Assembly (NCBI GenBank): GCA_963749495.1
Contig: CAVVMW010000015.1
Span: forward strand, 352,001-416,000
DNA: 64,000 nucleotides
Source of the DNA: an uncultured bacterium
GTDB taxonomy: Bacteria > Verrucomicrobiota > Verrucomicrobiia > Limisphaerales > UBA8199
Reading direction: 5' to 3'
Shown: positions 27,870-38,761 of the stretch, piece by piece
Numbering within the stretch: position 1 is the stretch's first letter
Layout: every line of letters begins with the position of its first letter
Program-made: the position numbers and the translations under genes
Notes under the pieces: model-generated
Database searches by the model: none
The model's input: the letters and a program-made list of their open reading frames with translations, nothing else
Told to the model about the DNA's origin: nothing

Positions 27870-28300
27870 CCTGCCAAGAGCGCATAGGGGTGATACATGC
27901 ACTCAACTTCCTCACAATTGAGGTGAAGCGTGAGCGAAATCCGAAAGGCACGGCGCACGACCTGGAGAAAATCCGAGGATCTTATTTCGGCGAAAAGCTC
28001 AAGTACCGGTTTGGTGCTACCGTGTTGATGAATGAGGAAACCTTCGCCTTCTCAGTGCAACTGCTGGAAAACGTTGCCGGAGACCTAATGCTCAGCTTCG
28101 GCGACGTGAGTGAAGAATATTACCGGCGCCTTTGCCCCGCCACGCGCGCGCTCCACGTCGAACTAGCACGCTTGGTTGACAACATTGTCGCAGCGGAGAA
28201 AGCTGGACAGCAAACAAGCGCCCTGAAACTCGACTTGGACCGAGCAGTATTGAGGCTTTACGCCGTCTCGGAGACGCGACAAGCATGGCAGGAGTGGAAA
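27870..28300 (+). pseudogene. Fused remnants: PD-(D/E)xK nuclease tail and RM methyltransferase C-terminus
   Basis: 'NFLTIEVK...DLEKI...KYRFG' followed by 'LVDNIVAA...LDLDRAVLRLYAVSE'. Confidence 0.45.
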
Positions 28301-28304
28301 CTCT

Positions 28305-28796
28305 ATGAAACCACCCGTGTTCCAGGACCGAGGGACGGCTGCGTTTGAAGACGAAGTGATTTCGTACGAGAGCGAGGCGATGGTGCGGAAGGAGTTGAAG
28401 GGCTCGTGGGGGCCGAGGGTGTTATATGCACCGCTGCTCCAGCGTGAGGATGAGCGTTATAGCGATGGCTCCGCGCCGGCCTTCTTTTCCCCACCCACTG
28501 AACTCAAAAAAGAATCCGAGCCTCCCGAAAGATGGCGTTTCGGCCTCGGCAAATCCTTCCGCAAGGCAGTCAATGCGATTGACCGAAAGCTTCAGGGACG
28601 GATCTTGGAGGCCATCACTGACATCGCCGCTGCGCCTCTTACGAACCGAGGCGATACGGTCAAGCCGTTGAGCGGCGAGATGAATGGGTACTGGCGCTAT
28701 CGCATTGGGGACTTCCGACTTGTGTACTATCCCGATGAGGCTACGCGCACGATAACGCTTTGTGATTGTGCCTCTCGCCGTAGTGCCTACGACTGA
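28305..28796 (+). CDS. RelE/ParE-family toxin domain protein
   Basis: 'FRKAVNAIDRKLQGRILEAI...KPLSGEMNGYWRYRIGDFRLVY...SRRSAYD'. Confidence 0.8.
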   Translation: MKPPVFQDRGTAAFEDEVISYESEAMVRKELKGSWGPRVLYAPLLQREDERYSDGSAPAFFSPPTELKKESEPPERWRFGLGKSFRKAVNAIDRKLQGRILEAITDIAAAPLTNRGDTVKPLSGEMNGYWRYRIGDFRLVYYPDEATRTITLCDCASRRSAYD

Positions 28797-28818
28797 CAAT
28801 ACAAAGACGATTCAGCCT

Positions 28819-29265
28819 ATGAAATTCACGATTGAGCGGCGGGTGTTGGTCAAAATGGTGGAGCAAGTGCGTGCGAAGCTTTCCGGGCGGCAACAGGATC
28901 AGGACGTGGAACTCATGGCCTGCGCTGCCCGCGTCTTCGTGACCGCGGGCTCCACGGTCGCTGGATATGAGGCGCTCGTGTTTCAGGATGGCAAATGCTC
29001 GGTCCCCGGTAGGCATTTCGCTTTGATCCTCAAGTCATTCAGCCCAAAGAAAAACCTGACGATAGAGGTTGACGAGAAGCTCCTCCGTATTGGCTCGTAC
29101 TCCATGTCCGTGCGGGCTTACTCTCCTGTCGCTCGCCCGCCTGCCGAATTCAAGGTGTTTCCTGTCACCGACCTCGATGTCGTTGGCCCTCAGCAGCAGC
29201 CAACCGGGCCGCCATCGCCACGCGTGGAACCTACACCGCCGGGGGCACCAAGACTCCGCCGATAG
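28819..29265 (+). CDS. Hypothetical protein resembling a single beta-clamp (DnaN) N-terminal domain
   Basis: 'MKFTIERRVL...DGKCSVPGRHFALILKSF...LTIEVDEKLLRIG'. Confidence 0.5.
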   Translation: MKFTIERRVLVKMVEQVRAKLSGRQQDQDVELMACAARVFVTAGSTVAGYEALVFQDGKCSVPGRHFALILKSFSPKKNLTIEVDEKLLRIGSYSMSVRAYSPVARPPAEFKVFPVTDLDVVGPQQQPTGPPSPRVEPTPPGAPRLRR

Positions 29266-29539
29266 AGACTCGCGACCACAGCGGTCAGGAAGGCCATACC
29301 CCTTTCCATGCGGGCAGCCGTGCGCGGATTGATTGGCGAGGAGACGGAGTCGCTGGCATGGTTTTGACAGGGGCTGGCCGTCGGCGACTTTGTCGTGTTT
29401 TTACCACCTGGCGCAAATACAGCCGTCCATTCCGATGAAAGCCGGGACTTTTGCGGGTCAAATTCGCAGTTCGGCACACGGCAAGGCTCTTGCTCTAGTC
29501 GCCGCGAGGAGTCCCTGGCTTGGCCGGGGCATTCGCGCA

Positions 29540-30463
29540 ATGAAAACAGGTTATCTGATCGATATGGACGGCGTCATTTGCCGGGAGAACCAACTCATCC
29601 CCGGAGCCAGGGATTTTGTGGAAGCCCTAATATCCTGCGGCACGCCGTTCATTTTCCTCACCAATAACTCGGCACCCACACCGGAGGACCTTGCAGTGCG
29701 CCTGGGGCACTTGGGTATTCCAGGGCTTTCCCCGCGACACTTTTACACCTCCGCGCTCAACACCGCCGATTTTCTGAGCGAAACCCACCCCTCCTGTACC
29801 GTGTTTGTGATCGGCGAAGGGGGCCTGTTGGCCGCGTTGCACGAGCGCAAGATCGCCAGCGATGCCCTGCACCCCAGCTACGTTGTGGTGGGCGAGGGCG
29901 ATGCCTCTTTGGAGAAGCTGGCCAAGGCGCACAGTTGCATCGAACACGGCGCCCGGTTGCTCGCTACCAACCCTGACAACTGGTGCCCGGTTTCCGCCGA
30001 CGGCACGCGTCCGGGCGCCGGAGCCACGGCGGCTTTCCTGGAGTCCAGTTCCGGACGCCGCGCTTACTACCTGGGCAAACCCAATGGCTATATGTTCCAC
30101 CGCGCCTGTCGCAAGCTCTCCGATATGGCGGCCGGTGCCCAACCCGAGCAGATCGTCGTCATTGGCGACACGATGGAAACGGACATCCGTGGAGCCGTCG
30201 AAGCAGGCTTGCAGCCCTACCTGGTTTTGAGCGGTTCCACGCGCGTCGAGGATGTCGCCGAGTATGTCTATCAGCCGACGCGCGTGCTTCGAAGCGTGGC
30301 CGACTTGATCGAGGAACTGAAATGCGGCAAGCCCTCGAGCCGCCTGGACAGCCCCGTCTATTCGCACGCGCTTTCGGCCGGTGTGCCGCTTGGCAAGCGG
30401 CACCAAACGGACGCCGAACACATCAACAAGCCGCGCCCACGCGCGCCGATGGCAGGGCGCTGA
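29540..30463 (+). CDS. nagD: HAD-IIA hydrolase (NagD family)
   Basis: 'LIDMDGV', 'FLTNNS', 'ATNPD', 'GKPN', 'IGDTMETDIRG'. Confidence 0.88.
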   Translation: MKTGYLIDMDGVICRENQLIPGARDFVEALISCGTPFIFLTNNSAPTPEDLAVRLGHLGIPGLSPRHFYTSALNTADFLSETHPSCTVFVIGEGGLLAALHERKIASDALHPSYVVVGEGDASLEKLAKAHSCIEHGARLLATNPDNWCPVSADGTRPGAGATAAFLESSSGRRAYYLGKPNGYMFHRACRKLSDMAAGAQPEQIVVIGDTMETDIRGAVEAGLQPYLVLSGSTRVEDVAEYVYQPTRVLRSVADLIEELKCGKPSSRLDSPVYSHALSAGVPLGKRHQTDAEHINKPRPRAPMAGR

Positions 30464-30471
30464 GGACTGCG

Positions 30472-33400
30472 CTAGGGACTGACCTGGACTCGATAGAACT
30501 TCTGGGCGCCTGCCGGGAGGACGGTGTAGGGCGATACGGGGTTGCCGCTGACTTGGGTGTAGGGTCCGGCCACGTTGGTGGATTCCAATAGCGAGCCTGT
30601 CGGCCAGCTCAAGAGGAGGCTTGTGCCAGAGCGTTGAAGCTGCAGGGTGACCGGCCCGCTGGGAACGGTATTGGGCCCGGCGGTGTAATGGCCGGCAACG
30701 TCGGCGGCCGTGAGCGCGCCGCTCCAGACGCGGAATTCATCCAGGGAGCCTTGGAAGTAGGGGTCATTGTCACTGGGAGCGCCCCAGCCAATCGTTGATG
30801 TCGTTGGCGAAGCTCAAGGGCACGGTCGTCGTCATGGAAGCCGCCAGGACGCCGTTGGTGAAGACGCGGAAGTCATGGAGGCTGAAGTTATAGACGACGG
30901 CCAGATAGGCAGCGGTTCCCTGAGGCAATGGGCTGCCTGTGTCCAGGATTTCATCAGGCCGCCCTTCCGGAGGCCTGATTTCGGCGCGTATTCCGTTGCC
31001 GGACTGCGGGGTCAGAAGGAAGTAGGAGGTGCCTCCACCCTGCAACCCCGGCCCCCCGACGCTGCTGCCGAAATCATAAATGCGCTCCCAGGCGGTGTTC
31101 AGTGGATCGGTCCAGGTGACCCAGACTTCGAACGAGGCGTTGGCCAGGCTGGAGATCAGGCCACTGGGCAAGCTCACGTAGGCGGCGCTGGAGTCGAACG
31201 TGCCGTCGGGATTGGCGGTGCCGCCGGGCAAGGTCAATTGGCCGCCGGAAAGCGTGGCGTTGTCGGCGCCATACAGTGCGCCGTTGGCGCCTCCCACCGA
31301 GTCCGCCAGGTTGGTCGCGCCCTGGGCCTCGCTAAAGCTGTAGCGATGGACCAGTTGCGCGGGCGGCGGCGTATCCACCACCGCGACCGTTTGGACCGCC
31401 TGCGCGCCCAGGAAGCTGGCCGTAAGACTGGCCGAGCCATGCCCAACCGCCTGCAGCGAGTTATCCGTCAGCACGCGAATGACATTGGTATCGCTCGACT
31501 CGAGGGACGCAAGACGGCTGACATCAATATGGGTCTTATTGGCGAAATCGGCCGCGACCGCCGGGACGCTGAAACCGCTGAAATAGAGCGGAGGCACCGT
31601 CAAGGCAATGGACCGCAGAGGGCCCGGGACGGAGGTGTCCCATCCTTCGAGGTAGTTGTTGAGCACATCCGAGGCATTGAGCGCCCCGCTGCCGACCCGC
31701 ACCGCGGCCACATAAGCCGTCAACGGTTGGCCGGTCCCAACCTGGCCCCCGCCACTGTCGGATTGCGCGCCCAGGAGTATCGGGTCCGTTGCAAAGGTGG
31801 CCAGCGCGGCTCCGTTCAGCACCGAGGTGTTGTAGAGAACGCCGTCGCAATAGACACTGTTGTTCCGGTTGCCATCGTAGGCATAGACCAGGTAGTGCCA
31901 AACGCCGCACTTGGGCACTACCGGCCCCCAGCCCATATCGTCAGCCCAGTGGGCCGCCGCCCCCCAGCCAGTATCGGTGGAGTAGCCAAAGTTCTGGTTG
32001 GCGTCCGTAGTGCCGCGATGGCCCCAGGCCACCAGGCTCTCCTCGCCACTCAGGTAGGGATCGAGCACCCAGACCTCGACGGAGCGGGCGCCGTTGCCGG
32101 TAATGGCCGCCGGGGCAACTGGTCCCTGGAACGCGTCAACGCCGATGGCCTGATTGAACCCATTGAACTGAACGGCAGTGATGCCCGTCTGGTTCACGTT
32201 GGTCACCAGGGTCGGCGCGCCGACAGCGGTGAAGTCCCCCGGGCTGGCGGCGGCTCGATTCTTCCAAATACCCGTGGAAGGGTCGAAATCGGCCGCCTTG
32301 AGATCCACATACAGAGTCCCCGCCACCGCGATTCCTTGCAGCGGATTGACCGTGACCGTCACAGGGCCGCTGGTCTGGCCCCGGTAGGTGGCGGTGATAC
32401 GGGCCGTGCCGGGCCCACCGCGGTGAGCAAGCCGTTTGCATCGATGGAGGCGACACTCAAATCGCTCGAGCCGAAGGTGACGCCGTCCGCGCTCTGCAGA
32501 ATCACCCCGGGAATCAGGGCGAAGGCGGCAGTCACGGTGCTGGATGCGGTATGGCCGGGCGTCAAGTTGGTGCTGGAGAGCAGGAGTTGAACCGCTTGAA
32601 GGGCGCCCGGGTCCGTGCCCGGAGACGCCGTCCCGGAAGCGTAGCTTCCCGCAATCGATCTGGAGTCCAACGCGCCATTATAGATGCGGAACTCGTCCAG
32701 GGAACCGTTGAAAAAGGGGTCTTCGAACTGCGATCGTCCCAGCCAGTCATTGAGGTCGTTGATCGAGGCCAGAGGAACCGTTGCGCCTGGAGAGGAGGCA
32801 GCCAGGATGCCGTTGGTATAAACACTCATCGTGTGGAGGAGATAATTATAGACGGCGGCCAGATGGGTTTCCTGGCCCACGGGCAAAGGGTTGCCGGTCG
32901 AGGTCAACAGGTCGGGCCGCCCTTCGGGGCCCTCACCTCGAAATCGATCCCGCCGCCATTCTGGGGAGTGAGCAGGAGGTATGAGACGCCGCCATTCTGC
33001 AAGCCGGCCCCGCCTGCGCTGCTGCCGAAATCGAAGATGCGCTCCCAGGAGGTGTTTTGTGGATCATTCCAGGTGACCCAGGCCTCGAGCGTGACGTTGG
33101 TCAAGCTGGAGATCAGGCCACTGGGCAGGCTCACGTAGGCGGCGCTGGGGTTGAACGTGCCATCGGGATTGGCAGTGCCGCCGGGCAAGGTCAACTGCCC
33201 GCCGGACAGCGTGGCGTTGTCGGCGCCATACAACGCGCCGTTGGCGCCCCCGACCGAGTCCGCCAGGTTGGTCGCGCCCTGGGCCTCGCTAAAGCTGTAG
33301 CGATGGATCAATTGCCCGGCCGGCAGCGTATCCACCACCGCGACCGTCTGGACGGTTTGCACGCCTCCAAAGCTGGCCGTAATGCCGGCTGAGCCATGCC

Positions 33401-34370
33401 CAACGGCCTGCAGCGAATTGTCCGCCAGCACGCGAATGACATTGGTGTTGCTGGATTGGAGGGCAGCCAACCTCCCGAGGCTCACGTTGGTCTTGGCTGC
33501 GAAATTCGCCGTCACGGCGGGCACCGCATAGCCGCCGTAGTAGAGAGCGGGCACGCTCAGGGACAGGGTTTGGAGCGCCCCCGGAGCGGTTACATCAATG
33601 CCCAACAGATAATTGGTGAGCACCTGGGCGGCACTCAAGGCCCCGCTCCCCACACGCACTGCGGCGACATAAGCCATCAGCGGCTGGCCGGCCCCAATTT
33701 GGCCCCCGCCACTATCGGACTGCGCGCCCAGGAGTATCGGGTCGGTTGCAAAGGTGGCCAGCGCGGCTCCGTTCAACACCGAGGTGTTATAGGGAACGCC
33801 GTCGCAATAGACGCTGTTGTTCCGGTTCCCGTCGTAGGTATAGACCAGGTGGTGCCAAATGCCGCACTTGGGCACTACCGGCCCCCAGCCCATGTCGTCA
33901 GCCCAATGGGCCGCCGCCCCCCAGCCAGTGTCGGTGGAGTAGCCAAAGTTCTGGTTGGCGTCCGTAGTGCCGCGATGGCCCCAGGCCACCAGGCTTTGCT
34001 CGCCACCATTGATCAGGAAGGGATCCAGCACCCAGACCTCGACGGAGCGGGCGCCGTTGCCGGTAATGGCCGCCGGGGCGACGGGCCCCAGAAACGCGTC
34101 CGCCAGGCCGCTGCCCGAATCGAACCCATGGAACTGAACGGCGGGGATGCCCGTTTGGTTCACGTTGTTCACCAGGGCCGGCGCGCCCGAGGCGGTGAAG
34201 TCGCCGGGGCTGGCGGCCGCCCGGTTCTTCCACACACCCGTGGCAGAGTTGAAATCGGCCGCCTTGAGATCCACATAAAGCGTGCCTGCAACGGCCGGCC
34301 CCGATTGGGCGTGGGCGCCGCAGGCCAACGCAACGAATGAGCAGCAAATGAGCAATGTTCTTGAGTTCAT
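30472..34370 (-). pseudogene. Large secreted protein with tandem LamG and Ig-like (Big_2) domains, three frameshifts
   Basis: Signal peptide 'MNSRTLLICC'; LamG 'WERIFDFG', 'DWLGRSQ...DEFRIY'; frames change near 32915, 32400 and 30770; ends 'KFYRVQVSP'. Confidence 0.8.
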
Positions 34371-34515
34371 AAACGAATCAAAATGGCTTCGCGATTGTAC
34401 AAGCCGGTTCGCACGGTGATGTCCAAGGTTTGACTCCGAGACTGCGCCCATCCTTGCCATCCGCTCCGAACGGTGTCAACAAAAAAGAGAGGCGGGCCCT
34501 ATCGCTTCGCTCCGC

Positions 34516-34718
34516 AGGGCCATTGACAAAGTCGCTCCGCGCGCCTGGGCGCCAGGGGCGCCAGCGTAGCGCAGGTTTCCAAACCTGCCGTATCGCGGGT
34601 TTCCAAACCCGCAGGCCGTCCCTAAACCGGGGGCGCTCGACATGCCGACGCCCTGCCGATTGGAAATCGGCGATACAGCAGGTTTGGAAACCTGCGCTAC
34701 AACTTTGTCAACGGCCCT
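34516..34718. repeat. Palindromic REP/MITE-like element
   Basis: 17-bp IR AGGGCCATTGACAAAGT/ACTTTGTCAACGGCCCT enclosing GTAGCGCAGGTTTCCAAACCTGC inverted copies. Confidence 0.8.
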
Positions 34719-35200
34719 CTATCGCTCCGGCGGACGATCGCAGAGTTCGCCTTTGTCGAAGGCGTAAAGGGTTGCGTGGTTGCGCCCGACGTGAAAGGAG
34801 AGCACCAGCTTGTTGGTCGGATCGAGGTAGGTGAACGGGACGAACTCGGTGGCGGGGGCCTTGACCCAGTCCTTGCACTTGGGCGCCAGGCCGCATTTGT
34901 CCGCCAGGTCGAACTTGGTGTCGAACTGGTAATGAGGATTGGCGGCACAATAGTTGCGCGTTTCCTTGAGGAGCAAATGGAGAATCGGCTCAGCCTCCAT
35001 GTCCTCGGCCATGCCCTTGACCCGGCTGTAGGCGCGCAAAAGGGTCGGGAACAGCATGGATGCCAGGATCGTAATGATAGCGCACACGCAGAGCAGCTCG
35101 ATCAAACTCACCCCGGCGCGCGCGCGCGTCCCCAACCCGCCCCTGGAGCCTGCCCGTCCCCGGGCGCCGCACGCCCGGAGTGTGCCGGCGCGCTGGACGC
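34719..35200 (-). CDS. Prepilin-type N-terminal cleavage/methylation protein (start uncertain)
   Basis: 'AGVSLIELLCVCAIITILASMLFP'. Confidence 0.75.
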
Positions 35201-35607
35201 CGGGGCGACAGCCCGCAGAGAGTGGACGACAAGCCGCAATGCTCGTTGACTGATCCCGCTGCACACCGATTGGACCGGGCGCCCCGAGAACCGTCACGCG
35301 CGCTCGAGCCTGGTGCAGGCCATGGTCTCGCGCGCCACCACCGGGCGCAATCGGACACAGCCCCCGCCGCCAGCGCCGAACGACAGGAGCGCCGGCTTCA
35401 GCCGGCTTTGGATGTCCAATGTTGAATAGGGGCACAGCAGGACTCCAGGTGCTCGCAAAGCCGCCTAAAGCCGGCGCTCCGGGGGCAGTGTCCCAATGTG
35501 CGCCCCACCACCTGCCCAAGCCGGTTTTCCTGGCGCGGCTGCGCGGAACCTGGCGTATTGACGCGTGATCGGTTTGCGGCCAAACTCCCGGCAACTCATG
35601 GTGAGCC

Positions 35608-36576
35608 ATGCTCAAGTCTTTAGAGATTCAAAACTTTCGCGGATTCAGCGAGTTGCGCATCGAGCCGCTCAAAAGGATCAATCTTGTGACGGGCGAGAAT
35701 GACACCGGCAAGACCGCGCTTTTGGAAGCTATCTATTTGTTGCTCGTTGCACATCCGGTCATGGCAGGCGCACTCGCGTCGGCTTTTCGCAATAGCCAAG
35801 GCAACGATCAGGACGATTTCAAGAGCTTCTGGGAATGGCTTTTCCCCGAGGGGAGCACGGGTCTGCGACCATCGATAAAGGCATCAACTGACTCAGCTCC
35901 GGTGTCAGCTCAACTCGCTTTCACTTCGCCGGGGGAAGTCAAAATCAAATCCGGGACGTCCGAGTCTATCGTCATGCCCAGTGGATGCGGTGGCGTGCGT
36001 CGTGCCGGTGATGATCGCCCGGGAGTTGTCGTCCAATCCACGCGTTCAGGTCACCCGGTGTATGATGCGGAGCTCTATAACCGTGTGTCCCTCACCGCTG
36101 GCGGCGAGGAAAAGATACTCGGCCTGATGCGGATCATCGAGCCGCGCCTGCAGAAACTCCGGTATTCAAAGATAACCAGCCAGCCCTTGGTTTACGCCCA
36201 TCTTGGTTTTCAGCATTTCCTTCCCGCAACCCAGATGGGCCAGGGGTTCAGCCGGCTGCTCACCCTCTTTTGCCAGATGATGGTTTCCGAGGCCAAAGTC
36301 CTCCTGATCGACGAAGTTGAAAACGGACTTCACTACTCGGTCCTGCCGCAGATCTGGAAGGGGATTGGCGCGCTGGCAGAAGCCGCGGGCATCCAGGTGT
36401 TTGCGACCACTCACAGTTGGGGGTGCATCGTGGCTGCGCACGAGGCCTTTGCCGCCTCGGCAGATTACGATTTTGCGCTCCACCGGTTGCAGCGGGTCAA
36501 TGGCCGGATCGAGGCGGTCACCTACGATCGCGAAATGCTGGAGACGTCGCTGCACACTGAACTGGAGGTCCGGTGA
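35608..36576 (+). CDS. ABC-type AAA ATPase (AAA_15/AAA_21)
   Basis: 'IQNFRGF', Walker A 'GENDTGKT', 'MGQGF', Walker B 'LLIDEVENGLH', 'ATTHS'. Confidence 0.9.
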   Translation: MLKSLEIQNFRGFSELRIEPLKRINLVTGENDTGKTALLEAIYLLLVAHPVMAGALASAFRNSQGNDQDDFKSFWEWLFPEGSTGLRPSIKASTDSAPVSAQLAFTSPGEVKIKSGTSESIVMPSGCGGVRRAGDDRPGVVVQSTRSGHPVYDAELYNRVSLTAGGEEKILGLMRIIEPRLQKLRYSKITSQPLVYAHLGFQHFLPATQMGQGFSRLLTLFCQMMVSEAKVLLIDEVENGLHYSVLPQIWKGIGALAEAAGIQVFATTHSWGCIVAAHEAFAASADYDFALHRLQRVNGRIEAVTYDREMLETSLHTELEVR

Positions 36577-37235
36577 TGGGCCCTGCCAGAGATCCCCATC
36601 GGCCGCTTACGAAGGTTAAGCAACTCCTGGTTGAGGGCCGCACACCTGAGCTGTTCTTTGCAGCGCTGGCCGCTCACTTGCGCCTTGAGAGCGTCGAGGT
36701 CTGGGACTTCGGTTCCATTTCCCAATTGACTCAGTTTCTCAAGGCGTTCTGCGCACGGCCCGAATACAAGGCGCAGGTGCAGTCCCTGGCCATCATCAGG
36801 GACGCAGAGTTTCTGCCGCCCGCCCCGGCAAACCAGCCCGTGCCGTCAGCCGTGGAGCGGGCGTTTCAAAGCATCCGTAGCAGCCTCGCCGCCGCTGGCC
36901 AGCCTTCGCCGGACGCTCCCGGGATTTTCGCGCCGACGACGCCAAGGGACGGCGTTTTCGTTCTGCCCAACTGCCGCGATGAAGGCATGCTCGAGACCCT
37001 TTGCCTGGAGTCCGTGTTGACTGCGCGTACGTCCCAGTGCATCGAGCAGTACTTCACCTGCATGGAAACAGAGGCGGGTCCTCGACCGCGCAACATGCCC
37101 AAGGCGAGGACCTTCGCCTTTTTGGCGACCAAAGACCTCTCCGACGCTCTTGTCGGCCGCGCCGCACAGAACGGAATCTGGCCCTGGGATTGCGAGGCCT
37201 TTCAGCCGCTGAGGGCGTTTCTTCAGGCCATGTGA
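36576..37235 (+). CDS. DUF3226-like TOPRIM-fold protein
   Basis: 'LLVEG', 'IIRDAE', 'LPNCRDEGMLETLCL', 'KARTFAFL'; start overlaps the ATPase stop. Confidence 0.75.
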   Translation: MGPARDPHRPLTKVKQLLVEGRTPELFFAALAAHLRLESVEVWDFGSISQLTQFLKAFCARPEYKAQVQSLAIIRDAEFLPPAPANQPVPSAVERAFQSIRSSLAAAGQPSPDAPGIFAPTTPRDGVFVLPNCRDEGMLETLCLESVLTARTSQCIEQYFTCMETEAGPRPRNMPKARTFAFLATKDLSDALVGRAAQNGIWPWDCEAFQPLRAFLQAM

Positions 37236-37344
37236 CCTCCAGGCGGGCCCAGCGCTCTTGGCGCCGGGCTTCGCCCCTGCGCCCGGGCGCATCTCGCGCT
37301 TGTCGAACCCGGCCGAACAGGGCGATTGGAGTGCGCGTCCGAAG

Positions 37345-37445
37345 TCGCGAAGCGTCTTGGACTGCGGTCCCGATCCATCGGGACCGCTTTTCGGGGCCTG
37401 GGGCCGCGAAAGCGCCAGAGGACTGGCGCAGTCCAAAACCTTGCG
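37345..37445. repeat. TTGGACTGCG...CGCAGTCCAA palindromic repeat
   Basis: Second copy at 52994-53095. Confidence 0.75.
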
Positions 37446-37576
37446 GCCTACCCGGCGCCACGCTCCAATTGTCCGTCTTGCCGAAGACCGACAAAGGTGA
37501 GCTGCGCGCGCCTTCGCCCTTTTTCCCAATTTCTGCCTTGTCTTTGCGCCCGGTTTGTCGTTTATACACACTTCTT

Positions 37577-38575
37577 ATGCCGCTCTGGATTGCCATCATC
37601 GTGCTCGGGATCATCGAAGGAATCACCGAGTTCCTGCCCGTATCGTCAACCGGCCACCTGCTCATCGCGGAGTGCTGGCTGCCGCAGCAGACCGATCTGT
37701 TCAACATCGTCATCCAAAGCGGGGCGGTGCTGGCGGTCCTGCCGCTCTTCCCGGAGCGGATGCGGCAGTTTGCCTTCGAGTGGCGCAAGAAGCCCACGCA
37801 GGACTACGCCCTCAAGATCCTCGCCGCCTTTGTGCTGACCGGCATCGGCGGCTTCATCATGGACAAAGAGGGATTCAAATTGCCCGAGACCTTGCAGCCC
37901 GTGGCCCTGGCGCTGCTGGCGGGCGGCATCGCGTTTGTTCTCATCGAGTGGTCGTTGCGCAAGCGCACCCTGGGCAACGAGGTGACCTGGACGATTGCCG
38001 TGGCCGTCGGTTTGGGCCAACTCCTGGCGGCCGCCTTTCCCGGCACCTCGCGTTCCGGCGCTTCCATCCTCCTGTGCCTGCTGCTGGGCCTGAATCGGCC
38101 CGCCGCCACCGAATACTCGTTCCTCGTCGGCATCCCCACCATGCTCGCGGCGGGCGGTTGGAAGATCTTCAAGGCCCTGCGCCATCCGCTCGCCGGCGCC
38201 GCGCCGGAGCATTGGAACATGGTCCTGCTCGGGTTCATCGTCTCGGCGATCGTCTCGTTCATCGCCGTCCGCTGGCTCCTGCGCTATGTCCAGACGCACA
38301 CGTTTGTCGCCTTCGGCTGGTACCGCATCGGGCTGGCGGCGGCCATCGGGGCGCTGCTCCTGCTCGGCTACGGCAGGCACCCGGAGAAGCAACAAGCCCT
38401 CGAGACCTTCCGTCACCGCGTCGCGGTGCCTGATGGCAGCCGTGGACTTTCAGTCCACGGACCCTTGGGCTGCGCTGACCTGTGTCGCGTAGCGACGCCC
38501 CAACAGGGGATACGATCTGGCGGTGGGGAACCCTCACGCGTCGCTGCGCGACGCGAGGCCCCTCCCGTGCTCTAA
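37577..38575 (+). CDS. uppP: Undecaprenyl-diphosphatase (C-terminus runs into a repeat)
   Basis: 'GIIEGITEFLPVSSTGHL', 'FPGTSRSG', 'ATEYSFLVGIP', 'FGWYRI'. Confidence 0.95.
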   Translation: MPLWIAIIVLGIIEGITEFLPVSSTGHLLIAECWLPQQTDLFNIVIQSGAVLAVLPLFPERMRQFAFEWRKKPTQDYALKILAAFVLTGIGGFIMDKEGFKLPETLQPVALALLAGGIAFVLIEWSLRKRTLGNEVTWTIAVAVGLGQLLAAAFPGTSRSGASILLCLLLGLNRPAATEYSFLVGIPTMLAAGGWKIFKALRHPLAGAAPEHWNMVLLGFIVSAIVSFIAVRWLLRYVQTHTFVAFGWYRIGLAAAIGALLLLGYGRHPEKQQALETFRHRVAVPDGSRGLSVHGPLGCADLCRVATPQQGIRSGGGEPSRVAARREAPPVL

Positions 38576-38761
38576 ACCGTGGACCGAGGTCCACGGCTAC
38601 TCTCACTGCGTCGCTCCGCGACGCCCGCAGGAGATGATTACCCGGAGGCGGCCCGGTTTTGAACATTTCTTATTCCAATGTTGAATTTGTTTCGGATTTC
38701 GTGTTTCGGATTTCGGATTTCCCATCTTGCGACGCTCCCCGCTCCGACGCTTCCCGCCCCC

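Noticed and set aside
30770..34290. DGR template/variable repeat pair
   Set aside because: Both copies are coding domains, differences do not look adenine-specific, and no reverse transcriptase is present
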